From IMG/VR virus record IMGVR_UViG_2565956719_000002: 64,000 nt of DNA, one strand, 5' to 3'. Source of the stretch: a virus. Lineage: Duplodnaviria > Heunggongvirae > Uroviricota > Caudoviricetes. Position numbers and translations under genes: made by a program. A model generated the notes under the pieces. The model ran no database searches, was not told the DNA's origin, and saw only the letters and a list, made by a program, of their open reading frames with translations. Numbering within the stretch: the first letter of the stretch is position 1; the number at the start of each line of letters is the position of its first letter. Below are positions 1 through 9,549 of this stretch, one piece after another.

Positions 1-24
1 TTGTCAATACAGTGAGGCATAATT

Positions 25-234
25 ATGGCTTTCATTCCACCAACCATCGACGACGTTAGACATTGCTCTAACGCTTTATCTGTAGACCCCGCCGAAACCG
101 ACGCTGCCCGCGCCATTGCTGAACACTACTCAAAGATATCCAATCAGGAGTACCGCATCACCCAAGACGACCTGGATGATCTCACTGACACAATCGAATA
201 TCTCATGGCCACTAACCAACCAGACTCACAATAA
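25..234 (+). CDS. coi: Coi-like C1-inactivator (69 aa)
   Basis: 69-aa ORF immediately upstream of a 283-aa c1-like ORF on the same strand; size and position match P1 coi as I recall; no homology search possible. Confidence 0.4.
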   Translation: MAFIPPTIDDVRHCSNALSVDPAETDAARAIAEHYSKISNQEYRITQDDLDDLTDTIEYLMATNQPDSQ

Positions 235-250
235 ATGCACTAATAAATCT
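234..250 (+). promoter_or_regulatory. C1 operator-like site AATGCACTAATAAATCT (14/17 to ATTGCTCTAATAAATTT)
   Basis: motif match between coi and c1; same 17-mer family recurs across the window. Confidence 0.4.
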
Positions 251-280
251 ATTATTTTCGTTGGATCCTTCTATAATGGT

Positions 281-321
281 GGCCAACAACTCCCAGTGTA
301 ATCCGCTGTGAGTTGTTGGCC
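281..321 (+). other. stem-loop between coi and c1 (GGCCAACAACTC ... GAGTTGTTGGCC)
   Basis: 12-bp perfect inverted repeat with 17-nt loop, no T-run; possible attenuator or processing site. Confidence 0.45.
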
Positions 322-344
322 ATGTCAATTCTGGAGGAGGATCA

Positions 345-1196
345 ATGATAAATTATGTCTACGGCGAACAACTGTACCAGGAGTTCGTCAGCTTCAGGGA
401 TCTCTTTCTAAAAAAAGCTGTTGCACGCGCCCAACACGTTGATACAGCCAGCGACGGTCGTCCTGTACGCCCGGTTGTCGTTCTACCGTTCAAAGAAACT
501 GACAGCATTCAGGCTGAAATTGATAAATGGACTTTAATGGCGCGGGAACTGGAACAGTACCCAGACCTCAATATCCCAAAGACTATTTTATATCCAGTGC
601 CTAACATCCTTCGCGGTGTGCGTAAGGTTACAACTTATCAGACAGAAGCTGTGAACAGCGTCAACATGACCGCTGGCCGCATTATTCATCTGATTGATAA
701 GGACATTCGCATCCAAAAAAGCGCGGGGATCAATGAGCACAGTGCGAAATACATAGAGAACCTGGAAGCAACAAAAGAGCTAATGAAGCAGTACCCGGAG
801 GATGAAAAATTCCGTATGCGTGTACACGGCTTTAGCGAAACAATGTTGCGCGTCCATTACATTTCCAGTAGCCCTAACTACAATGATGGTAAATCAGTTA
901 GTTACCATGTGCCGCTGTGTGGTGTGTTTATCTGCGATGAAACTCTCCGTGATGGAATCATCATCAACGGTGAATTCGAGAAAGCAAAATTTAGCCTTTA
1001 TGACTCCATAGAACCGATCATCTGCGACCGCTGGCCGCAAGCAAAAATATATCGCCTGGCAGATATTGAAAATGTAAAAAAACAAATTGCCATCACTCGC
1101 GAAGAGAAAAAGGTTAAGTCAGCCGCATCAGTTACGCGCAGCCGTAAAACCAAGAAGGGGCAGCCAGTAAACGACAACCCCGAAAGCGCGCAATAA
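345..1196 (+). CDS. c1: C1-like master repressor of lysis (283 aa)
   Basis: 283-aa ORF (length of P1 C1 as I recall) with a GGAGG RBS, downstream of the 69-aa coi-like ORF and operator-like sites; no recognisable HTH; identity not verifiable without a search. Confidence 0.45.
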   Translation: MINYVYGEQLYQEFVSFRDLFLKKAVARAQHVDTASDGRPVRPVVVLPFKETDSIQAEIDKWTLMARELEQYPDLNIPKTILYPVPNILRGVRKVTTYQTEAVNSVNMTAGRIIHLIDKDIRIQKSAGINEHSAKYIENLEATKELMKQYPEDEKFRMRVHGFSETMLRVHYISSSPNYNDGKSVSYHVPLCGVFICDETLRDGIIINGEFEKAKFSLYDSIEPIICDRWPQAKIYRLADIENVKKQIAITREEKKVKSAASVTRSRKTKKGQPVNDNPESAQ

Positions 1197-1228
1197 ATTA
1201 TGCCCGGCATCAACCGGGCATTCTTCCA

Positions 1229-2344
1229 TTATTCAGCCGCCACCGGTTTTAACAAGCCAGCATCGAGCAGTTTACGCGTCAACCACTGCTGGCCTTTACC
1301 CGTTAATTGAGGCGTCAACCGTATCTGGTAGCCATCTTCATCATCCAGCACCACTTCTTTCACCGTGAAATACCCCGCGTTGATGTACTGCTGGAACGGC
1401 ACATTTTTACGTCCACCGGACGCTATCAGGATGCCGTTCTCCCGTAACCAGGCAAACAGCGCATTTTGTTTAAGTCCAACGACCTTTGCAAAATTCCCAA
1501 TCAGGATCCCTTTAGCTACTGATACCCGGTCGGCAAAATCGACTTTAGGAGCGGCGGCCACCAGCTGCTGATTTAGCTGGTGGGCTTTCTGTTCCAGAAG
1601 CTGCTTTTGTTCAGCCAGTTCGGCAGCCAGGCGCAGAGCTTCTGGAAGCGTCTGGGGGATTGCAACCGGTTGCTGTTCTTTTTGCCGGAAGTAGCTGTCT
1701 TCCAGTTTTTCAAAGAATGCCCATGCCTGATCGGTTTCGAGCATTTTAGCGTGGCGGGCTGCGCCGCGTTCCGTCCAGAGGATGAGTGAGCGGGCTTTAG
1801 GAGAGATAGGATTTTGTGAGTTACTTAAAGTCACCCGCAAATTGTTCAAATCATCTCCAATAACTTTATAGAAATGCTTACCTTCACAAAAACGTTCAGC
1901 ATTACGGGAAAAGTTCTTCTTGATGTTATCCGCATCTGTCCCATACCCCTTAGCAAGGATCTTAGTTGTCACTACACGCACTCCCTGCCACTCTAGAACG
2001 GGAATTTCATCCGGCTGACTTTGAACAACCACCAGTTCTGATTCCTGAACTAAAGGTGTATTAATTTTTTCAGATTTAACGTTAGTAGCTTTCATTCTGT
2101 GTGCCTCCTTGCGTGTTTCGGCTGCGACGGTTGCGTAATTCAGATGCCCCTGTTCGAGCAGGTATTCACGGATATCAGACAGCAGGATACGGTGAACAGC
2201 GTTCTTGTCCTTTCTCCGGTAAAGTTGTTTGGTGATCATGAAGTAGTTGGCAATAACGCCTGGTATATCCCTGGTACTGATACAGGCAGTGTGCTGTTCA
2301 ATTGCCTCGATCATCTCTTCACGGGTAACTAACGATGTTCTCAT
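1229..2344 (-). CDS. ant: antirepressor Ant (Bro-N-like central domain plus KilAC C-terminal domain)
   Basis: C-terminal KilAC-type region (AIPQTLPEALRLAAELAEQ ... GKGQQWLTRKLLDAG); central Bro-N/ORF6N-like segment; start overlaps the stop of the upstream 73-aa ORF. Confidence 0.8.
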   Translation of the reverse strand: MRTSLVTREEMIEAIEQHTACISTRDIPGVIANYFMITKQLYRRKDKNAVHRILLSDIREYLLEQGHLNYATVAAETRKEAHRMKATNVKSEKINTPLVQESELVVVQSQPDEIPVLEWQGVRVVTTKILAKGYGTDADNIKKNFSRNAERFCEGKHFYKVIGDDLNNLRVTLSNSQNPISPKARSLILWTERGAARHAKMLETDQAWAFFEKLEDSYFRQKEQQPVAIPQTLPEALRLAAELAEQKQLLEQKAHQLNQQLVAAAPKVDFADRVSVAKGILIGNFAKVVGLKQNALFAWLRENGILIASGGRKNVPFQQYINAGYFTVKEVVLDDEDGYQIRLTPQLTGKGQQWLTRKLLDAGLLKPVAAE

Positions 2345-2562
2345 AGTCCCTCCTGAGCAGAAGCGTTAACAGGGAGGCACCAGTAACTGAGAGAATTGCG
2401 TGAATCAGTGGAAAAACGGGCAGAGAAAATACATGGGGCGTCAGGAAGCTGAGAGCGGGCCTCATCTTCTGTCGGTGCAATAACGAAGTGATAGTGACGT
2501 TTTTGGCAGGAGTAAAAGCGCCAGATAAATACAGGATGAGTTGGGGTAGGGATAGTAGCCAT
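2341..2562 (-). CDS. icd: Icd-like small protein (73 aa) translationally coupled to ant
   Basis: 73-aa ORF with TAAGGAGG RBS; paralogue at 52333-52554 shares ...HYHFVIA.TEDEARSQLPD.PCIF.ARFST.SRN.LSYW...; position matches P1 icd upstream of ant. Confidence 0.45.
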   Translation of the reverse strand: MATIPTPTHPVFIWRFYSCQKRHYHFVIAPTEDEARSQLPDAPCIFSARFSTDSRNSLSYWCLPVNASAQEGL

Positions 2563-2639
2563 ATTGGCAGCCTCCTTAGACGTTGGTATGTAACCACCGC
2601 AGAAGAGACCAATCTTGCTGGCGGTGGACTGTACGGAGT

Positions 2640-2720
2640 TGGCCTTACTGGCGTCCAAGGTAACCAGCCTACCCGAAGGTAGCCCCATACAGCCCACCAT
2701 TGTAGAGGTGTGCGTGTACG
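2640..2720 (-). ncRNA. c4: candidate c4-like antisense/structured RNA (approximate bounds)
   Basis: UUCG-tetraloop hairpin (2669-2683) flanked by a block conserved with 52640-52690; stem sequences differ but stay complementary between the two copies. Confidence 0.3.
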
Positions 2721-2881
2721 CCGATACAAAAAAAAGACGCGAGCGGCGTCTGTATCGCCTTAGACTTAAGCGGGAGGCCAATCCCGGCACCCGTTTTAAT
2801 GAGGTGCCTGATAAGCATAAACCGAAAATGCCTCAAGGCGCAAGAGGTCAGGTTCAATGTAACATCGGCAGTCAAAAAACA

Positions 2882-2898
2882 CAATTTATTAGAGCAAG
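2882..2898 (-). promoter_or_regulatory. C1 operator-like site (CTTGCTCTAATAAATTG, 15/17)
   Basis: motif match immediately upstream (minus sense) of the c4/icd/ant module. Confidence 0.5.
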
Positions 2899-2901
2899 AT
2901 T

Positions 2902-4386
2902 TTACTCATTAAGCCATGCCAGAGCTTCATCAACCTGCGCTTCGTCTTCGACGCTAAGCACTTCATCCTGGGGAACATAATCCGCCAGCATAGCGAAACA
3001 ATATGTATCCCAATGGTCTGGTGAATGCAGGTTGAGTTTTTTCTTCATATCCTCCTTACTCATCACCTTCCATTGACCTGCGGAGTTAATCCCTACAGGG
3101 ATTTTCGACGCTTCCTCAATAGTTTCATTACCCTTATCCAGTCTCATACGACCAGATTTTACGGCCTCTGCGGCTTGAACGTTGGCATAAGCACGTTTAT
3201 CAAAGTACAGGCTCTTATCTTCACGGCTATGCATCTTTTTACCCCAGCGTATACGCTGTACGGTAATACCATAATACTCGTACATCAGATCCGCCGTTGC
3301 TTTACCCAGGCCATCGCCGTCTATCGCTATGGTAATATTTGGGAATCGCTCAGGATTACATTCTGCGAAAATTTTGGCGGCAAGCTGCGTTTCTGTAACG
3401 TCTGTGTATTCCAGCATTCGATAGTTGATTACACGGCGTTTATTTCTCTGGCCGGACACCATCATGATATTGATAACGGACTTATCCCGTCCCGTACCAC
3501 CAGCAACGTCCACACATGCAAGCCAGCCCCATCCTTTGGCAATCTTGACTTTCCGCCGCGTCGCACGTTCAACCTCATCACGTCCAAGAAGGAAGCCATC
3601 CTGTGATTTAGGGAATAGTCCGCGTACCTTAATCATGTACATAGGGTTATCACGCCCGCCGTACTCCGCCAGCTTCATTTTGATAAATGCTGGCGTTACC
3701 AGCGGTGATTCCTCACTGTTAAGCGTGATCGCCGTATAAACGCCATCAGGGTTACCAGGACGCTTGGCCAGTTTATGGTGAGTATCGTAGAAATAGCCGC
3801 TTGGGCGTGTAGGCTGTGACAGTAATAAGATGCGGTTATCCTGTCCGGTAAGAGCACCGGTGATGATACCGAAAGCTCTATCACTGACACCGGAGGCTTC
3901 ATCGATAATATACAGAAGATGATCTGCGTGTTCACCGGCGAGAGCTTCTTCACTTCCCAGACGAAAGCCCTTCGGTACTACAGTCCATACACCTTTACCA
4001 GTAACCTCATAGAAAGCGGTTTCTGTCAGAACAAAATAATCAGCAAGCCATGGAAAACGGCTGGTGGCAGTAGCCCAGTTTATCTTGATGTACTTGAATA
4101 TACCGGTCATTACCTGCTGAATTTTGTTCGCAACGATAATGGCGCGGGCACCGGGATACATGATTATGAACAACATGATCATGATAGAAGTCATGTCTGA
4201 TTTCCCGGTACCGTGACCAGACGAAACAGATGTCTTGCTACCCTGTTCCTGCACAGACTCAATAATCAGATCCTGCTGCCAGGTAGGTGTTTTGCCGAAC
4301 AAAACATCAGCGGCAGCAATCCAGTCATAACGATATAGCGCCACCAGCTCGCGCCAACGTGGATCCGTTACGCAACTTCTGGCCAT
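2902..4386 (-). CDS. pacB: terminase large subunit PacB (494 aa)
   Basis: Walker A-like SSGHGTGKS, terminase ATPase plus nuclease architecture; coupled to the upstream small subunit; length matches P1 PacB. Confidence 0.85.
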   Translation of the reverse strand: MARSCVTDPRWRELVALYRYDWIAAADVLFGKTPTWQQDLIIESVQEQGSKTSVSSGHGTGKSDMTSIMIMLFIIMYPGARAIIVANKIQQVMTGIFKYIKINWATATSRFPWLADYFVLTETAFYEVTGKGVWTVVPKGFRLGSEEALAGEHADHLLYIIDEASGVSDRAFGIITGALTGQDNRILLLSQPTRPSGYFYDTHHKLAKRPGNPDGVYTAITLNSEESPLVTPAFIKMKLAEYGGRDNPMYMIKVRGLFPKSQDGFLLGRDEVERATRRKVKIAKGWGWLACVDVAGGTGRDKSVINIMMVSGQRNKRRVINYRMLEYTDVTETQLAAKIFAECNPERFPNITIAIDGDGLGKATADLMYEYYGITVQRIRWGKKMHSREDKSLYFDKRAYANVQAAEAVKSGRMRLDKGNETIEEASKIPVGINSAGQWKVMSKEDMKKKLNLHSPDHWDTYCFAMLADYVPQDEVLSVEDEAQVDEALAWLNE

Positions 4387-5579
4387 TAATCATCATCCCC
4401 GTATAGCTTGCGGGTAACTTCTTCGTCTTCCTCCTCGTCTTCGTCCAGGTCTTGTTCCAGCCATGGGTCGTTTGATACACCTTCAGTATCAACATCTCCA
4501 TAACCGCCTGTATCAACGATATCGGCGATTTCTTCCCTACGCTGCTCAATCCACAATGCGGCATCGGCGCGGCGGTTGGCGGCCCGTTCTCGCGCAACTT
4601 TGTCCAGATCTTCAAGAGAAGGGCCACCGACGGCTGTTTGCCTTTCCTCATCATCGGTATTGGTCTTAGGAGCACGCAGATCGGCTTTGATTTGCTCCAG
4701 CATCAGGGGCGGTACTTTCCCTCCATGCGCCTCGATGAATTCAGCTGCCTCCAGCACTGACCAGTTGTTTTCACGCTTTCGTTCGTATGCCAGCTTAACA
4801 ATGCCAGCTTGCCCCATAGACAAAGCGTGCTTTTCCGCCTCCCGGCTTTCTTTTCGATAGTTATTCCGGATGCTGTAAATGGTGTTGATCAGGCTGCTTA
4901 TCTGCGCGGAACAGCTGTTTAGCATGCTCGCGATACGGTATTCAGGCGGAGTTCCTTCATCATCGTCTTTTTGTTGATCGCGCATTTCCTGAACCAAGCG
5001 AATACACGTATCCCTGGCGTTCTCCAGCATAAGGAGATGAGAGAGAGACTTTTCCAGAAGAGTGGTTTCCAGAACATCAGCCCCGGACCGACGCAACATA
5101 GCGCGCGCGGCCTTCCGCGCTTCAACGTTATCTATCAGGTAATCGCCAGCTTCGAATTCAAAGCGTTCACCATCATCATCCAGGGTGTCGCGTTCCAGGC
5201 GATCACGTAAGGTCCGGTGGGCGCGGGTGATCACGTCATGATCATCAGAACGATCATTTATGCGCTTATTCTGGCGCTTCGCGTTCTCGACTGCGGCACT
5301 GACAACAGCATTAACTCTTTGTTTTTCAGCCAGTTCAGCCACAATGTGATCACCTGCACGTTGATCATTAGCGTGATCAATGATCATGCTTTTTAGTGGT
5401 TTTCTGACAGGCTTATTTGGCTTACGGCTGTCCGCTGTTCCGGTGTCTTCTTTGAATGCACGGAGATAACGACGTGCGGTGTTTGGGTTGAGATTAAACT
5501 CGGCGGCATATTGTGCGATGGTGTAACCACCATCTCGCGCCAGGCGAGCAAAATTCTTCTTGTGATCGTCCCAGGTCAC
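4386..5579 (-). CDS. pacA: terminase small subunit PacA (397 aa) containing the pac site
   Basis: N-terminal HTH-like region, acidic C-terminus, position upstream of the large terminase; two clusters of TGATCA hexamers inside the gene. Confidence 0.8.
   Translation of the reverse strand: MTWDDHKKNFARLARDGGYTIAQYAAEFNLNPNTARRYLRAFKEDTGTADSRKPNKPVRKPLKSMIIDHANDQRAGDHIVAELAEKQRVNAVVSAAVENAKRQNKRINDRSDDHDVITRAHRTLRDRLERDTLDDDGERFEFEAGDYLIDNVEARKAARAMLRRSGADVLETTLLEKSLSHLLMLENARDTCIRLVQEMRDQQKDDDEGTPPEYRIASMLNSCSAQISSLINTIYSIRNNYRKESREAEKHALSMGQAGIVKLAYERKRENNWSVLEAAEFIEAHGGKVPPLMLEQIKADLRAPKTNTDDEERQTAVGGPSLEDLDKVARERAANRRADAALWIEQRREEIADIVDTGGYGDVDTEGVSNDPWLEQDLDEDEEEDEEVTRKLYGDDD
5200..5390. 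other. P1-type pac site: two clusters of four GATC-containing hexamers about 90 bp apart
   Basis: GATCAC/TGATCA/TGATCA/CGATCA at 5201-5256 and TGATCA x4 at 5347-5386 inside pacA. Confidence 0.6.
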
Positions 5580-5665
5580 TTATGCTTCCTTTCGTATAAA
5601 ACTCTTTTTGACGCGAGGGTAACGAAAGTCACATGTCAAAAGGCCCGGAACGGGCAAGCAATCAA

Positions 5666-6118
5666 TCAGATACGTGCGGATGTGGCATTACCGTAATGAC
5701 GGTGCTGACGGACCACCTTATTGAAAAGTTGACGCGCCATCACCCAAGGCTGGTGCTCCCGGCGTTCCTTTTCGTCCTGCGTCATATAGAGTTCGTTCTG
5801 GAGTTTTTCATCAAACCGGCGCGGAGCGCGGCTGCGGCGAAAGAATTCAGGATTCAGAGAGTGGATCTGAAATCTACGTGGGCGTGTACTGTCATCAATC
5901 AAAACAGACGAATACTTAGACACAGCGATAGCCTTTAAGCGCAGATAAACATCGCGCTTATCGACATCCAGATGCGGGTATTCCTTTTCAAGAATTGCTG
6001 CGAGTTCTTTCGCTGATAGAAGAGATTTAGTGCGGATCATGTAATCCGCAATCTCGTACGATGTTATTCGTGAGTGATTTATTTCCATGAAGTGGCGTCC
6101 CTGCCAGTTAAGTAACAT
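5666..6118 (-). CDS. lpa: late promoter activator Lpa-like (150 aa)
   Basis: 150-aa ORF immediately upstream of pacA and downstream of a C1 operator-like site; assignment by synteny and size only. Confidence 0.45.
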   Translation of the reverse strand: MLLNWQGRHFMEINHSRITSYEIADYMIRTKSLLSAKELAAILEKEYPHLDVDKRDVYLRLKAIAVSKYSSVLIDDSTRPRRFQIHSLNPEFFRRSRAPRRFDEKLQNELYMTQDEKERREHQPWVMARQLFNKVVRQHRHYGNATSARI

Positions 6119-6188
6119 CCTGTCACCTACTGATTAGCCCATGTCAACTAATCAACGTCGAATATAATACCCTCGATTAAAGAAATAG

Positions 6189-6205
6189 CAATACATTAGA
6201 GCAAT
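6189..6205 (-). promoter_or_regulatory. C1 operator-like site (ATTGCTCTAATGTATTG, 14/17)
   Basis: motif match upstream of the lpa-pacA-pacB operon. Confidence 0.5.
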
Positions 6206-6206
6206 T

Positions 6207-7250
6207 TTATCTAACACTCGACGAATGACTTGTGATAGCGCCGACTCCAAGCGCGTAATCAAAGAACAATCGTTGATGCATCGCCAGCCTACCGTGCGTC
6301 TTCTCCCAATTATCGCGGTCACGCTCAATATCACGCTGGCATGACTGGCACAGAGGAATAGCATAAATGTCATGCGCGCATAATCGACTATGACGAACGA
6401 TATAAGGCGTAATGTGAGCGCCAGCTCCCGCAGCTCCACAGCCACAGCATGGACGGGAAGCCACAAAGTCCATGTACTCGGGCAATTTTAGCGATTGAAG
6501 TTTTGGTATCTTGAAATGCGCCATACCTGGGTCGGAGTCAACATCCACAGGGCATACTTTTGCACGCATCGGCGCGGCGCGTTCTTCCATCATCTGAACA
6601 TATGCTGTAGCGCGATCGTCATACGGGCGAATATCCGCCTCTTTCAGAGGTCCGCTATCCTGCGTTGCGGCTTTCATCTTATTTATTGATATACGGCAAA
6701 CTTCTTCCGGCATCAGGTGCATCATGTTGCGCATGAAAGCCCACCAGCACAGTTCCTGAATACTTAAATCATGGCCATCTGAAAGCCCCATTTCCTGACG
6801 GGCGACATCCAGTATCCAGTTAACGCGATTATTATGCAGCGTTTCTTTCAGCTCATTAAAACCACGCATCCGGTAATGGTTATCGTGATGCCAGCACAAC
6901 AACACCGCGCTATTGTCTCGTTCTGCGTGGACAATATGGTTGTCACACCAGCTACGATCTGCGGCCTGGCATTGCCCCTCTTTCCTGCGCAACCACGCCA
7001 CCAGCGCGTCAATTCCACCAATACGGCGAAACAGTTCATCGCTGTTAAAAAACGGCTGCAACGCCTCATTTGTTGCCATAGTTTGCTCGGAAACAACGAG
7101 GCCGTCGTCCATGTGCTCGATTAACTCACGCGGCACCGGCTCCATAATAAATTTACGGCCAGCCTCCACCAGCTTTCTGACTTCCTGATCCACTTTGAAT
7201 GTGGCGACGCCAAGCTCTTTTTGTACAAAGGGAGTAATTACGGCTTTCAC
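6207..7250 (-). CDS. Cys-rich zinc-finger protein (DUF968-like), 347 aa
   Basis: C-terminal CCGCG...C..C.....CQSCQ cysteine cluster; family assignment tentative. Confidence 0.5.
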   Translation of the reverse strand: MKAVITPFVQKELGVATFKVDQEVRKLVEAGRKFIMEPVPRELIEHMDDGLVVSEQTMATNEALQPFFNSDELFRRIGGIDALVAWLRRKEGQCQAADRSWCDNHIVHAERDNSAVLLCWHHDNHYRMRGFNELKETLHNNRVNWILDVARQEMGLSDGHDLSIQELCWWAFMRNMMHLMPEEVCRISINKMKAATQDSGPLKEADIRPYDDRATAYVQMMEERAAPMRAKVCPVDVDSDPGMAHFKIPKLQSLKLPEYMDFVASRPCCGCGAAGAGAHITPYIVRHSRLCAHDIYAIPLCQSCQRDIERDRDNWEKTHGRLAMHQRLFFDYALGVGAITSHSSSVR

Positions 7251-7277
7251 ATCACACCTTTCATCACTGATTGGGCT

Positions 7278-7457
7278 TTATCTGCTGCCCGGCATTCTCT
7301 GTTTAAGCACAACCATTTCCTGACGGCATAACACAGCAATAGCTGTCCTGGCACCAATTTGCTTACCAACCAGGTATTGCTTTACCTTGCGGCGACTCAC
7401 GCCATCAAGAAGCATCTTTAACGCTTCACGGGACAACTTGTTGTATTTGCGTGCCAT
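7278..7457 (-). CDS. small basic putative DNA-binding protein (59 aa from MARKYNK...)
   Basis: ATG 7 nt past the doc stop; basic HTH-like segment; start chosen at internal Met. Confidence 0.35.
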   Translation of the reverse strand: MARKYNKLSREALKMLLDGVSRRKVKQYLVGKQIGARTAIAVLCRQEMVVLKQRMPGSR

Positions 7458-7461
7458 TAAT

Positions 7462-7842
7462 CTACTCCGCAGAACCATACAATCTACGTAACGTGTCGGC
7501 GACAGAAGATACAGATATCTCGCCAGTCGCAGCGCCTACGGTAAGGTCTGCCAGTTCAGGTGAATCAAATACCTGCACCCCGTTACGGCGTAGAAATAGC
7601 AGCGCACTGTTTAGCGCGGTACGCTTATTGGCATCATTGAATATATGCCCTCTCGCTGTAGCCACCAGGTAGGTGGCAGAGACTTCGAAAAGGTCGGTGA
7701 TCTCTTCGTAGGCAACTCTGGCCTGAACTCTCCCGATAATGGCCTCTGCCCTACCCGGATCAGACATTCCCGGCAGGCCGCCGTAGCGGCTTATATTCGC
7801 ATCATGAAGCGCAATAAGTTCTTCCGGTGATATATGCCTCAT
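7462..7842 (-). CDS. doc: Doc toxin (Fic/Doc family)
   Basis: 126-aa ORF matching P1 Doc as I recall it, coupled to phd. Confidence 0.9.
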
Positions 7843-8063
7843 TATCGGTTAACCAGTTCCTTGTTGGTGGAGTCCAGGGTGTCAAACAGGGATGCAAATT
7901 CAGCATCCAGCGCCGCTTTTTTGTAGGCTTCGAAAGTAGCCTTGCTGACAATTACTGCTGGCTCACGGCCTCTGCGGGTGATTTCAACCTCTTCCCCGGC
8001 TTCAACATTGTTGAGCACTTCAGAAAGGTTGCCACGCGCGGTACGGAAGTTAATGGATTGCAT
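7842..8063 (-). CDS. phd: Phd antitoxin (73 aa)
   Basis: [18 protein letters not shown]... Phd/YefM family; stop overlaps the doc start. Confidence 0.9.
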
Positions 8064-8135
8064 AAACACCTCGTGTACTCGTTATGTGTACACAATTATA
8101 AACTTCACAGGCATAAAGCACCAGCCCTTTGCAGC

Positions 8136-8525
8136 TTAAATAACCGGACAATCATCAAACTCCCCACTTCTGGCATCATTGATGACATGAGTGATCACAC
8201 CAAAAACAGCATTACTGCCCGTGTATCCATCGTCATCTACTGGTAACGCCTCTTTCTTCCCGGTGCTTAAGTCCTCCAGGTGCTGGCGCGGATACTTCCT
8301 GTATCTCTTTATGCGATATTCACCCTCCATAGCGCACACAAGCAGAGAACCATCAACCGGAGTAAGCGAGGAATCAACCACCAGCAAAGCACCCTGCAAT
8401 ATTCCCTCACGGTGATGGCTATCAGCTGCCCGCATGAAGTAGGTCGCTGAAGGATGTCTAATTATCTGCTGATCAAGAGAAATTCGGCTTTCAACATAAT
8501 CCGCCGCAGGAGAAGGGAAGCCCAT
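8136..8525 (-). CDS. humD: UmuD'-like protein HumD (S24 peptidase fold, begins at the UmuD cleavage-site equivalent)
   Basis: GFPSPAADYVE...HPSATYF...; Ser and Lys catalytic positions appear conserved; LexA box directly upstream. Confidence 0.85.
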   Translation of the reverse strand: MGFPSPAADYVESRISLDQQIIRHPSATYFMRAADSHHREGILQGALLVVDSSLTPVDGSLLVCAMEGEYRIKRYRKYPRQHLEDLSTGKKEALPVDDDGYTGSNAVFGVITHVINDARSGEFDDCPVI

Positions 8526-8543
8526 AGCGTTTTACCTCAATGA

Positions 8544-8563
8544 TACTGTTTATTCATACAGTA
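8544..8563 (-). promoter_or_regulatory. LexA (SOS) box TACTGTATGAATAAACAGTA
   Basis: CTGT-N8-ACAG palindrome about 20 bp upstream of the humD start. Confidence 0.8.
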
Positions 8564-8648
8564 TACATTGAAAAGGCATAGTTTGTGAAAGCGGGGTTTG
8601 TAGGCGCGCCACGCTGGGGGCTAATCACATTTCTCCCCCATCTTGCCG

Positions 8649-8900
8649 TTATTTTTTTGGTGCATCCTCGTTCTGATACACCGGATCGCTCCCTTTTGGC
8701 AACTGGAGGCTTAACTGCCGGTAGTGCCGTAGCCGTTCCATGAAATAGGCGCGCAGGTTTTCCGGTTGCTCACGGGCCACCTGCTCTGCAATCACAGGTA
8801 TATTCAGCCGTTCTTTGTAAGCAACGCCGCTGGCGGCAAGGTCTACGTTCACCTTGTCTCGCTCTTCCTGGCTTTTAGCTGCTATATTTCGATCTGACAC
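8649..8900 (-). CDS. hot: Hot, homologue of DNA polymerase III theta subunit (HolE)
   Basis: [36 protein letters not shown] resembles E. coli HolE. Confidence 0.8.
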   Translation of the reverse strand: MSDRNIAAKSQEERDKVNVDLAASGVAYKERLNIPVIAEQVAREQPENLRAYFMERLRHYRQLSLQLPKGSDPVYQNEDAPKK

Positions 8901-8932
8901 AAGAAACCTCCAGGAGTTAGTGGATCAGGCAC

Positions 8933-9283
8933 ATGCACAATAACGTTCTCAATGTTAGCCGTTCAATTCAGACAATCAGAGACTGCACCAGTGTGGTGGC
9001 ATCAATCCCATTGCGGAACAGCATAGACGAACTGCAAATTCGTGTATTGAATCCGAATCAGGCTAATAAGCAATTGCGCTTTATTTTGACGCTGAAAAGT
9101 GAAACAGAGGGGATAAAGCACAGCGTAAAAGTGTTTTCTGAGGCCATTCTGCTTAATGGGAAGCTCCGGCATCTGGTAAGGCCAGAACGTCAATATCCTG
9201 ACGTCCTGGCGCGTGAAAAAGACCTTCTTTCTGAAGTTCAGGATAGGGTGATCGATTTCGTCAAATGCTATCCCCTGCATTGA
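8933..9283 (+). CDS. hypothetical protein (116 aa)
   Basis: only plus-strand ORF in a minus-strand block; weak RBS. Confidence 0.3.
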   Translation: MHNNVLNVSRSIQTIRDCTSVVASIPLRNSIDELQIRVLNPNQANKQLRFILTLKSETEGIKHSVKVFSEAILLNGKLRHLVRPERQYPDVLAREKDLLSEVQDRVIDFVKCYPLH

Positions 9284-9549
9284 GGGCAGGTGTTCCCTTC
9301 CGCAAAGTAGGGAAAATTGCTATCAAGTTCATCACACCATCTGCGATGGTCGTAGCACCAAAACGCCTCCCACGGTGCACGGAAATACTTCATCCACCAG
9401 GACACTCGATCAGGTATATCTGCTGGTGGCAGTTCTTCTGGCAATAATTTGCCTGATAATTCCCTTTCCGCCCGCGACAGCATTTTTTTGAGGCTCGCGT
9501 TCTCTTTTTCAAGCTCATCTACGCGCACCTGTAATTCAGCTTTCGTTGG
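9268..9549 (-). CDS. hypothetical coiled-coil protein (start at MPTKAELQ...)
   Basis: ORF with internal Met start overlapping upstream gene end by 14 nt. Confidence 0.4.
   Translation of the reverse strand, partial: PTKAELQVRVDELEKENASLKKMLSRAERELSGKLLPEELPPADIPDRVSWWMKYFRAPWEAFWCYDHRRWCDELDSNFPYFAEGNTCPQCRG

Noticed and set aside
802-1213. ORFs 802-1011 (+), 894-1085 (-) and 998-1213 (-) inside or antisense to the c1-like gene
   Set aside because: Fully nested in a longer, better-supported ORF; no RBS; likely shadow frames.
2319-2980. Long ORFs 2319-2729 (-), 2341-2790 (-) and 2615-2980 (+) across the ImmI leader
   Set aside because: Only the last 73 codons of the 2341-2790 frame are conserved with the second module and have an RBS; the rest overlaps the candidate c4 RNA and operator region.
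3025-4200. Plus-strand ORFs antisense to pacB (3025-3606, 3425-3739, 3919-4200)
   Set aside because: Antisense shadows of a strongly supported terminase gene.
8526-8648. A gene between hot and humD (P1 has lxr there, as I recall)
   Set aside because: Only about 120 bp of intergenic sequence, occupied by the LexA box and promoter; no ORF.
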